Positions 29,983 through 38,053 of a stretch of DNA of 64,000 nucleotides are shown in pieces. The notes under the pieces are model-generated. The model was not told the DNA's origin, did no database searches, and saw only the letters and a list, made by a program, of their open reading frames with translations. The stretch comes from Alphaproteobacteria bacterium (GTDB taxonomy: Bacteria > Pseudomonadota > Alphaproteobacteria > SP197), in assembly GCA_964291415.2 (NCBI GenBank), contig OZ219918.1:384001-448000 (forward strand). Reading direction: 5' to 3'. The stretch's first letter is position 1; each line of letters opens with the position of its first letter. The translations under genes were made by a program, and so were the position numbers.

Positions 29983-30885
29983 ATGTCCGTCATCGTCACG
30001 CGTTTCGCGCCCTCTCCCACCGGGTTGCTGCACATCGGCCACGTCTTCTCGGCTCTCGAGGGCTGGCGTCTGGCTCGCGACAACGGGGGACGGTTCCTCC
30101 TGCGCATCGAGGACATCGACCGGGCACGCTGTCGCGACGCGTTCGCGCAGGCCATCCTGGAGGACCTTGCCTGGCTCGGTCTTGACTGGGACGGAGAGGT
30201 CCGGCGCCAGTCGGACCATCTTGGCGCCTACGCCTCGGTCCTTGCCGAACTGCGGGCGCGCCGGCTCGTCTACCCGTGTTTCTGCACCCGCCGCCAGATC
30301 GCCCGGGAGGTCGAACTGGCGTCAGCGGCGCCCCATGGACCGCTGGGCCTCATCTATCCTGGAACCTGTCGCACGCTCTGCCCCGCCGAGGCCGATCTCA
30401 GCGGCGCCCCATGGACCGCTGGGCCTCATCTATCCGACCTGGATGCCCCGCCGAGGCCGGCGAGGATTGAAGCCGGCAACCATCATGCCTGGCGACTCGA
30501 CGTTGCCAGGGCAATGAACGAGACGGGCCCATTGGCATGGCGCACGCTCGATGGCAGGACAATTCCGGTCGACACGGAAACAGCCGGTGACGTGGTTCTG
30601 GCACGCAAGGACATTCCCACCAGCTATCACCTTGCGGTCACCCATGACGATCATGTCCAGGGCGTGACGGTGGTCACGCGCGGGTGCGACCTCGCTCCCG
30701 CCACCCATGTCCACTGCCTGATCCGCCGGCTCATGGGCTGGAAGGAACCTCTTCATCACCACCACCGCCTGCTTCTCGGAGAGGACGGCCGGCGTCATGC
30801 CAAGCGTGACCGTTCGGTGACGATCCGGTCGTTGCGCGAAGCGGGACTGATGCCCGAAGACGTGCTCGCCATGGCACAGCCGTGA
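29983..30885 (+). CDS. gluQ: Glutamyl-Q tRNA(Asp) synthetase
   Basis: 'RFAPSPTGLLHIGH', 'LRIEDID', 'YPCFCTR', 'YPGTCR', 'SYHLAV', 'AKRD'; no anticodon-binding domain. Confidence 0.9.
   Translation: MSVIVTRFAPSPTGLLHIGHVFSALEGWRLARDNGGRFLLRIEDIDRARCRDAFAQAILEDLAWLGLDWDGEVRRQSDHLGAYASVLAELRARRLVYPCFCTRRQIAREVELASAAPHGPLGLIYPGTCRTLCPAEADLSGAPWTAGPHLSDLDAPPRPARIEAGNHHAWRLDVARAMNETGPLAWRTLDGRTIPVDTETAGDVVLARKDIPTSYHLAVTHDDHVQGVTVVTRGCDLAPATHVHCLIRRLMGWKEPLHHHHRLLLGEDGRRHAKRDRSVTIRSLREAGLMPEDVLAMAQP
30322..30459 (+). repeat. Imperfect tandem duplication inside gluQ
   Basis: 38-bp exact copies at 30322-30359 and 30398-30435; 16-bp exact copies at 30379-30394 and 30444-30459. Confidence 0.9.
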
Positions 30886-31158
30886 TCGCCGTGCCGGTCA
30901 GTCGAACAGATGGCCGGGATCTTTGCGCGAGGGCGGCGTCAGGCACTCCGGCCCGCCGTTGCCGGCGCTGCTCACCCGGCTCGGGACGGCATCGGCCTCC
31001 AGGCGCACCACGGGAGTTGTCCCTTGTCGGCGCAATGTTGTGTCGCGGCACCGGGTCAGGAAGACTCTCCGGGCCCGGCTGGTCGTGAATGGCGCCATCA
31101 GACCTGATCAGCGAGTATCTGCCGTAGCACGCCCCATCATGGAGGATAAGGACCGGTC

Positions 31159-32106
31159 ATGGTGACGTCAGTTTTCGATTCCAGGGTCTACCGTCCCACT
31201 GCCGGCTTCATGGACGCGCCCGTCACCTGGAATCTCGCCGGCTGTCGTCTGGCGATCGTCGGCATGCCCTTTGACTGCGGCATTCATCCGACACGCATCG
31301 GATGCCGTCTGGGACCGGCATCCATTCGCGAGCAGTCCGGACTCGTACGTCCCTTTCATCCGCCTTTTGACGATACCAACCCGCTGACCAAACTTGGCGT
31401 CATCGACTGCGGCGACGCCCTGGTGACGCCAGGCCGCCCCGAACCTTCCTTCGAGGTCATGGAGGAAGCGGTGTGGCGCATTGCCCGCGAGGGCGTGGCG
31501 ACGCTGACGATGGGAGGCGACGGGCTCGTCACGCTGCCACAGTTGCGCGCCTGGCGGCGGGTCCATGACGATCTGTGCGTCATTCATGTCGATGCCCACA
31601 CCGATGCCTATCCCGTCACTGGCCAGGATCGCATCTCGCCTGCGACCACGTTCACCATTGCCGCCGAGGAGGGCCTGATCGACGCCGAGTCCACGTTTCA
31701 CGTCGGCGCCCGCGGTCCGGTTTTCATCGGCGGCGTGTTCGAGCACACGAAGGGCATCGGCTATCACCTCATTCCCGATGTCGAGATGCGGCGACAGGGC
31801 CTCGAGGCCACCGCGTCCCTGCTGCAGGAGCGCCTTGCCGGCCGCAAGGTCTACCTGTGCTGGGACATGGACGTCTTCGATCCGTCCTGCGCTCCCGGAG
31901 TCGCCACGCCGACCTGGGAGGGCCTCAGTGCCGCCGAGGGACTGGGGTTCCTGCGCTCGCTGGCCGGCCTCGACATCGTCGCGGTCGATGTCAACACGGT
32001 TTCGCCGCCCCACGACGTGGGTGGCATGACCGCCTACCTCGCCGGTTGCGTCATGCTCGAGGGCATGCGTCTCGTTGCAGCATCCCCGACCCGCGACCGG
32101 CCATGA
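31159..32106 (+). CDS. Arginase/agmatinase-family (ureohydrolase) protein, atypical active site
   Basis: 'GMPFD', 'GPASIRE', 'DAHTD', 'DMDVFDP..APG..TP'. Confidence 0.88.
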   Translation: MVTSVFDSRVYRPTAGFMDAPVTWNLAGCRLAIVGMPFDCGIHPTRIGCRLGPASIREQSGLVRPFHPPFDDTNPLTKLGVIDCGDALVTPGRPEPSFEVMEEAVWRIAREGVATLTMGGDGLVTLPQLRAWRRVHDDLCVIHVDAHTDAYPVTGQDRISPATTFTIAAEEGLIDAESTFHVGARGPVFIGGVFEHTKGIGYHLIPDVEMRRQGLEATASLLQERLAGRKVYLCWDMDVFDPSCAPGVATPTWEGLSAAEGLGFLRSLAGLDIVAVDVNTVSPPHDVGGMTAYLAGCVMLEGMRLVAASPTRDRP

Positions 32107-32188
32107 TCCCGGCCGCCATGCCGTTTGAGAAAGCGTCTTTCGCCTTTCTCATCCTTACCGGACCACGATGGAGGCGCAGGCGCCCGTT

Positions 32189-32333
32189 GACCGGTGGATG
32201 ACGGGAGCCAACGCGGGCACTCCAGGGCTGGCTCCGGAATTCCCTTCGCGTCGCCAGCGGGAACTGGAAGTTCGGCCGGTATCCCAGCCCCATTGAGACG
32301 GCTGCCGAGCCTCTCCGGAGAGGAACCCCGGCC
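32189..32333 (-). ncRNA. Candidate ~145-nt structured small RNA (rod with central bubble)
   Basis: Nested helices read by eye; two G-U pairs favour the minus strand. Confidence 0.5.
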
Positions 32334-32419
32334 GTAGTGCGCATTGAGCCAAGGCGCCCGCGCGGTGCGGCTGGCGCGGTGGCGCCGGACTCCTCCATGC
32401 CCCTTGACATGCCACAGGA

Positions 32420-32434
32420 GAACAAATAAAGAAC
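32420..32434 (+). promoter_or_regulatory. Alphaproteobacterial LexA (SOS) box; -35 TTGACA at 32404-32409
   Basis: GAAC-AAATAAA-GAAC, 4 nt before the imuA ATG. Confidence 0.9.
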
Positions 32435-32438
32435 AAAC

Positions 32439-33305
32439 ATGACCTCTTCCTGTTCTCCCGAAAGAGCGAGCGCCTGCCCCGGCGCATCTGCCGTCTCGAA
32501 GGATGCCGGCCTTGCGGCGCTGCGCCGGTGCATCGCGGCGCTGGAGCGGCGCTCGCCGGGACCGGCGCATCCTGCTGATCTGCCGCGGCCCTGGCAGACC
32601 GGGATTGCGGCGCTGGACGGGGCGCTGCCGACGGATCGGGGATCGGACCCGGCGGCATCCGGACTGATCCTGGGCGGGGTGCACGAGGCGGCCGGCGCTT
32701 CCCCGGCCGACCGGCCGGCGGCCCTGGCCTTTCTTGCCGCCCTGCTGGCCCGACTCGGCCGGCACGGTCCGGTGGTGGTCTGCCAGGGTCCCGGCAGCGT
32801 CGCCCGGCTGGGCCGGCTCTACGGACCGGGCTGGCGGGATCTCGGCACGGATCCGGCGGCCCTGGTGATTGTCGAGACCCGGCACGAACGGGATGTGCTG
32901 TGGGCGATGGAGGAGAGTCTGCGCAGTGGCGCCGCTGCGGCGGTTCTGGGCGAGACGGAACAGCTTGCCTTCGTCGCCAGCCGCCGTCTGGCGCTGGCCG
33001 CGCGCGAAGGCGGGACACCCTTGCTGCTGTTGCGCGGCGACGGGCTTGCCCCGGCAAGCGCCGCCTTTTCGCGTTGGCGTGTTGCGGCCTGGCCGGGTTC
33101 CGTCTCGCCGTTCGATGAGGCCGCTCCCGGCCTGCCTCGCTGGCGTCTGGAACTGACGCGCTGCCGGGGCGGACGGCCCGTGACCTGCATTGTGGAGTGG
33201 AACCGTGAGACGGGTCATTTCGATATGGCTGCCGCGCTGGCCGATCGATCGGCTGCGTCGCGCACGGCGGGCCACCACCCTGCCCTCGAGCGGGCTGCCG
33301 GCTGA
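32439..33305 (+). CDS. imuA: ImuA (RecA-like inactive mutasome component)
   Basis: 'TGIAALDGAL', 'GVHE', 'LWAMEESLRSG', 'SRRLALAA', 'LELTRCRGG'; SOS box upstream. Confidence 0.88.
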   Translation: MTSSCSPERASACPGASAVSKDAGLAALRRCIAALERRSPGPAHPADLPRPWQTGIAALDGALPTDRGSDPAASGLILGGVHEAAGASPADRPAALAFLAALLARLGRHGPVVVCQGPGSVARLGRLYGPGWRDLGTDPAALVIVETRHERDVLWAMEESLRSGAAAAVLGETEQLAFVASRRLALAAREGGTPLLLLRGDGLAPASAAFSRWRVAAWPGSVSPFDEAAPGLPRWRLELTRCRGGRPVTCIVEWNRETGHFDMAAALADRSAASRTAGHHPALERAAG

Positions 33306-34767
33306 GCCGGTTCCGTTCGCGCTCACCGCGCCGGGACGGCACGGCGTGGTGCTGGCGGCGGTCAACCGGCAGGCCGAAGCGGGAGGACTCGTGTCCGGCA
33401 TGCGGCTTGCGGACGCTCGCGCGCTTGTGCCCCGCCTCGCCACTGCCGGATCCCGGCCTGAAGAAGACCAGCGTGGCCTCGAACGCCTCGCACTGTGGTG
33501 CCACCGCTTCACGCCCTCGAGCGCGGTCGACGGTGCGGACGGCCTGCTGCTCGACATCACGGGCTGCGCCCATCTCTTCGGCGGCGAAGCGGCGATGGCG
33601 GTGGAGGTGGAGGCGCGCCTTGCGGGGCTTGGCTTCGAGGCGCGGACCGGACTTGCCGACACCCCTGCTGCCGCCTGGGCGCTCGCCCGCTTCGGCGACG
33701 AGGGCCGGCGCATCGCCGAACCCTGCCGGACCCTGGCCGTGCTGGCGCCGTTGCCGGTCGAGGCGCTCAGGCTTGTACCCGAAGACAGCCGCCTGTTGCG
33801 CCGCCTCGGCCTTGCGACCGTCGGTGCGGTGGAATCCTTGCCGCGCGCGGCGCTTGCCCGCCGCTTCGGCCGGCACAGCGGCGCCGTGCTGCACCGTCTC
33901 GACTGCGCATTCGGGCGACGCACCGATCCTGTCGCGTCCCTGCTGCCGCCGCCCGCCTGTCTTGCGCGCCTTGCCTTTCCGGAACCGCTGATCGACCTCG
34001 CGGCGCTGGAGTCGGCGCTTGCCCGTTTGCTGGACAATCTCTCTGCCTCGCTGGAACGCAAAGGACTGGGCGTGCGGGATCTTGTGCTCCTGTTCTTCCG
34101 GGTGGATGGCGGCACGGCGCGACGCCGTGTTTCTACCGCACGCGCCACCCGCGACGGCGCACATCTTGGAGGTCTCTTCGCCGGAAAGATCGAGACCGTG
34201 GACCCCGGCTTCGGGATTGACGTCGTGGTGCTCCACGCGGTCCGCACCGAACCGCTTGCATCGGAGCAGTACCAGCTGGCGGCTGACGGACTGGAGGGCA
34301 GGGGAGGCAGTGATGACCTTGTCCGCCTGATCGACCGCCTGCAGGCCCGTCTCGGGAAGGAATCCGTCTTTCGCCTCGAATCGGTCGCAAGTCACCTGCC
34401 GGAACGTGCCGAGCGGCGGACGGACCCCGATGGCAAGGGCGCGATACGGCCCGCGCAGCCAGGGATGCCGCAACGACCCCTGCGCCTGTTCGACCGGCCC
34501 GAGCCGGTGGACGCCGTAGCGGAAGTACCGGACGGGCCGCCGGCGCTGTTCACCTGGCGTCGAGTCCGCCGCCGCATCGTCCGCGCCGAGGGGCCCGAGC
34601 GCATTGAACCGGAATGGTGGGCTGGCGGGCCGGAGGCAAGACCGCGCGACTACTACCGTGTCGAGGATCGGGACGGTCGCCGCTACTGGCTCTTCCGGGC
34701 CGGGCTCTACCGGGACGCCGGGGGCAAGGGACCGCCCCGCTGGTACATCCACGGGCTATACGGATGA
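33205..34767 (+). CDS. imuB: ImuB (inactive Y-family polymerase)
   Basis: 'RVISIWLPRWPIDR', 'GMRLADARAL', 'LLDITGCAHLFGGE', 'GPERIEPEWW', 'RDYYRVED'. Confidence 0.92.
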   Translation: MRRVISIWLPRWPIDRLRRARRATTLPSSGLPAEPVPFALTAPGRHGVVLAAVNRQAEAGGLVSGMRLADARALVPRLATAGSRPEEDQRGLERLALWCHRFTPSSAVDGADGLLLDITGCAHLFGGEAAMAVEVEARLAGLGFEARTGLADTPAAAWALARFGDEGRRIAEPCRTLAVLAPLPVEALRLVPEDSRLLRRLGLATVGAVESLPRAALARRFGRHSGAVLHRLDCAFGRRTDPVASLLPPPACLARLAFPEPLIDLAALESALARLLDNLSASLERKGLGVRDLVLLFFRVDGGTARRRVSTARATRDGAHLGGLFAGKIETVDPGFGIDVVVLHAVRTEPLASEQYQLAADGLEGRGGSDDLVRLIDRLQARLGKESVFRLESVASHLPERAERRTDPDGKGAIRPAQPGMPQRPLRLFDRPEPVDAVAEVPDGPPALFTWRRVRRRIVRAEGPERIEPEWWAGGPEARPRDYYRVEDRDGRRYWLFRAGLYRDAGGKGPPRWYIHGLYG

Positions 34768-37700
34768 GCGGCGTCGCCTATGCGGAATTGCAGGCAAGCA
34801 GCAATTTCAGCTTCCTGCGCGGCGCCTCCCATGCGGAAGAACTGGTGGAGGAGGCCGCGCGTCTCGGACTCGTGGCCATCGGCATTGCCGACCGCAACAC
34901 GCTTGCCGGCGCGGTGCGCGCCCACGTGGCGGCAAAGCGGGCCGGCATCCGACTCCTGACCGGCGCGCGGCTCGACCTCGCCGACGGCGCCTCGCTGCTC
35001 TGCTACCCCCGCGACCGCGCGGCCTGGGGCCGCCTCTGCCGGCTGCTCACCCTCGGTCAGCGGCGTGAGACCAAGGGCAAGTGCCTGCTCTACCGGGAGG
35101 ACCTGCTTTCTCATGCCGAGGGACAGCTGCTGATTGCGCTGCCCCCGGAAGACGGCAGCGTCGAGGATTTCGGGATGGAACTTGCCAGGTTCCGCCACGC
35201 GCATGACGGGCCGCTCTATCTCGCCGCGCACATGCTCCATCGAGGCGACGACCGCGCCCGCCTTAATCGTCTGGCGGCGCTTGCGGAGCGCACCGGCACG
35301 CCACTGCTGGCCACCAACGACGTCCACTACCACCGGCCCGGGCGACGTCCCCTTCAGGACGTGCTGACGGCGATTCGCGAACATGTCACCGTGGCGCAGG
35401 CGGGCTGGCGCCTTGCCGCCAATGCCGAGCGTCACCTCAAGGAGGGAACCGAGATGGTGCGCCTCTTCCGCGGTCATGAAGAGGCGGTGGAGCGGAGCCT
35501 CGAGGCCGTCTCCCTTTGCAGCTTCAGCCTCGACGAGATCGCCTATGAATATCCCGATGAGCCGGTGCCACCCGGCTCGTCGCCGCAGCGTCATCTGGAG
35601 GCGCTCGTCCGGAAAGGCGCAGTCCGGTGTTATCCGGACGGCATTCCGGAGAAGGTCTGCGCCGCGCTCCATCACGAGCTCGAGCTGATCGACGAACTGG
35701 GCTACGCACCCTACTTCCTCACCGTTCACGACATCGTGCGCTTTGCCGACAGCAAGGACATCCTCTGCCAGGGGCGGGGCTCGGCGGCGAACTCGGCTGT
35801 CTGCTACTGCCTCGGCATCACGGCCGTCGATCCGGAGCAAATCGACCTCTTGTTCGAGCGGTTCGTCTCCCGCGAACGCCGCGAGCCACCCGATATCGAC
35901 ATCGATTTCGAGCATGAGCGGCGCGAGGAGGTGATCCAGTACATCTACGGGCGCTATGGCCGCGAACGCGCCGGGATCGCCGCGACCGTCATCTCCTACC
36001 GCGCCCGCAGCGCCGTGCGTGATGTGGGCAAGGCGATGGGACTCTCCGAAGACACCGCCGCGGCACTGGCTGCCGCTGTCCGTGACATGCACCGTGAGGG
36101 CGTGCCCGAACAGCGCCTCCGCGAGGCCGGGCTTGACCCGGCCGATCCGCTGCTGCGGCGGACCGTCGCCCTCGCGACGGAACTGCAGGGCTTCCCCCGC
36201 CATCTCTCGCAGCATGTCGGCGGTTTCGTGCTGACGCGCGGCCGCCTCGACGAGACCGTGCCCATCGGCAATGCGGGGATGAAGGACCGCACCTTCATCG
36301 AGTGGGACAAGGACGACCTCGAGGCGCTCGGCCTGATGAAGGTCGATGTGTTGGGCCTCGGCATGCTGACCTGCATTCGCAAGGCCTTCGAACTGCTGGC
36401 TGCGCACAAGGGACTGAACCTCGCGCTCCCCACCGTGCCGATGGAGGACGAGCAAGTCTATGACATGCTCTGCCGGGCCGACACGATAGGCGTCTTCCAG
36501 GTCGAGAGCCGGGCGCAGATGAACATGCTGCCGCGACTGAAGCCGCGCTGCTACTACGACCTGGTGATCGAGGTGGCGATCGTGCGGCCGGGCCCGATCC
36601 AGGGCGACATGGTGCATCCCTTTCTGCGGCGGCGGGACGGGCTGGAGAACGTGGTCTATCCCGAGCCCGCGCCCGAGCACGGGCCGCCGGACGAGTTGCG
36701 CAAGGTGCTGGAGAAGACACTCGGCGTGCCGCTCTTCCAGGAACAGGCGATGCGCATCGCCATGGAAGCCGCCCGCTTCACGCCGGATGAGGCCAATGCG
36801 CTGCGCCATGCCATGGCGACCTTCCGCAAGCGTGGCACACTCAGTTCCTTGCGGGACCGGATGGTGGACCGGATGACCGCTCGCGGCTACGACCCGGAAC
36901 TCGCGGCGCGATGCTTTCGCCAGATCGAGGGCTTCGGGGACTACGGCTTCCCGGAGTCCCATGCCGCGAGCTTTGCGCTGCTGGCCTGGGTCTCCTCCTG
37001 GCTCAAGTGCCACCATCCGGAGGTCTTTGCCTGTGCGCTGCTCAATTCCCAGCCGATGGGCTTCTACGCTCCTGCCCAGATCGTGCGCGACGCACGCGAA
37101 CACGGGGTCGAGGTGCTCCCGGTCGATGTCCATGCGAGCAGCTGGGACAACAGCCTGGAGCGCATGACGGACGGACGCCACGCGCTCAGGCTTGGCTTCC
37201 GCCAGATCACCGGCTTCGGCAAGGAGGATGCGAAGCGCATCGGGAAGGCACGCGACGACAAGCCCTGGGGGGATATCGCCATGTTGCAGCGCGAGACCGG
37301 GATCGGTGCCGCCGCCATCGAGACGCTGGCTGCCGCCGATGCCTTTCGCTCCATGGGCCTCGACCGGCGCCAGGCCCTTTGGCAGGCCCGTGCCTTGCCG
37401 AAAGGAGAGCCGCTGCCACTGTTCGAAGCGGCAAACGGGCCGACCGAGGGCACAGAAGCGCCGGCCACGTTGCCTGCCATGGCGCCCGGCGAGGAGGTCA
37501 TCGAGGACTACCGCACTCTCAGGCTTTCACTCCGGGCGCATCCGCTCGCCTTCCTGCGCGCGCGCCTGGCAAACCGGGGTGCACTGGCAGCCGAAGCCAT
37601 CGCCGATGCTCGCGACAAGGAGCGTGCCGCCGCCGCCGGTCTCGTCCTGGTCCGCCAGCGTCCGGGCAGCGCCAGCGGCGTCATCTTCATGACGCTGGAA

Positions 37701-37976
37701 GATGAAACCGGCGTCGTGAACATCGTGGTCTGGCCCAGGGTGCTGGAGAGTTTCCGCAGGGCGGTGCTGGGCGCACGCCTCGTCCTGGTTCGGGGGCGCA
37801 TCCAGCGCGCCGGCGACATCGTCCATGTCGTCGCCGACCGGCTGGAGGATCTGACCGGCTGGCTCGACCTGCTGACGCCGGACGACCGGCCCGCGCCGCC
37901 GCCCGGTCCCGTCGCCTTCCCCTCGCGCCATCCGCGGAACGTGCGCACGATCCCGAAATCACGCGACTTCCGATGA
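34764..37976 (+). CDS. dnaE2: Error-prone DNA polymerase III alpha subunit
   Basis: 'YAEL..SNFSFLRGASH', 'GRGSAANS', 'PPDIDIDFE', 'YGFPESHA', C-terminal 'SRDFR'. Confidence 0.97.
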   Translation: MSGVAYAELQASSNFSFLRGASHAEELVEEAARLGLVAIGIADRNTLAGAVRAHVAAKRAGIRLLTGARLDLADGASLLCYPRDRAAWGRLCRLLTLGQRRETKGKCLLYREDLLSHAEGQLLIALPPEDGSVEDFGMELARFRHAHDGPLYLAAHMLHRGDDRARLNRLAALAERTGTPLLATNDVHYHRPGRRPLQDVLTAIREHVTVAQAGWRLAANAERHLKEGTEMVRLFRGHEEAVERSLEAVSLCSFSLDEIAYEYPDEPVPPGSSPQRHLEALVRKGAVRCYPDGIPEKVCAALHHELELIDELGYAPYFLTVHDIVRFADSKDILCQGRGSAANSAVCYCLGITAVDPEQIDLLFERFVSRERREPPDIDIDFEHERREEVIQYIYGRYGRERAGIAATVISYRARSAVRDVGKAMGLSEDTAAALAAAVRDMHREGVPEQRLREAGLDPADPLLRRTVALATELQGFPRHLSQHVGGFVLTRGRLDETVPIGNAGMKDRTFIEWDKDDLEALGLMKVDVLGLGMLTCIRKAFELLAAHKGLNLALPTVPMEDEQVYDMLCRADTIGVFQVESRAQMNMLPRLKPRCYYDLVIEVAIVRPGPIQGDMVHPFLRRRDGLENVVYPEPAPEHGPPDELRKVLEKTLGVPLFQEQAMRIAMEAARFTPDEANALRHAMATFRKRGTLSSLRDRMVDRMTARGYDPELAARCFRQIEGFGDYGFPESHAASFALLAWVSSWLKCHHPEVFACALLNSQPMGFYAPAQIVRDAREHGVEVLPVDVHASSWDNSLERMTDGRHALRLGFRQITGFGKEDAKRIGKARDDKPWGDIAMLQRETGIGAAAIETLAAADAFRSMGLDRRQALWQARALPKGEPLPLFEAANGPTEGTEAPATLPAMAPGEEVIEDYRTLRLSLRAHPLAFLRARLANRGALAAEAIADARDKERAAAAGLVLVRQRPGSASGVIFMTLEDETGVVNIVVWPRVLESFRRAVLGARLVLVRGRIQRAGDIVHVVADRLEDLTGWLDLLTPDDRPAPPPGPVAFPSRHPRNVRTIPKSRDFR

Positions 37977-38053
37977 GGCGGTGGCCCGTCCGGCGCCGGG
38001 AAAGCGCGGCTCTGTCGGGCAGGGCAACCTCCCCGGGTGAAGGAAGGCCCGCC

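Noticed and set aside
32155-37181. Very long antisense ORFs (865 and 824 aa) opposite imuAB/dnaE2; likewise 40067-41971 and 57423-59462
   Set aside because: Shadow ORFs caused by high-GC codon bias opposite well-conserved genes
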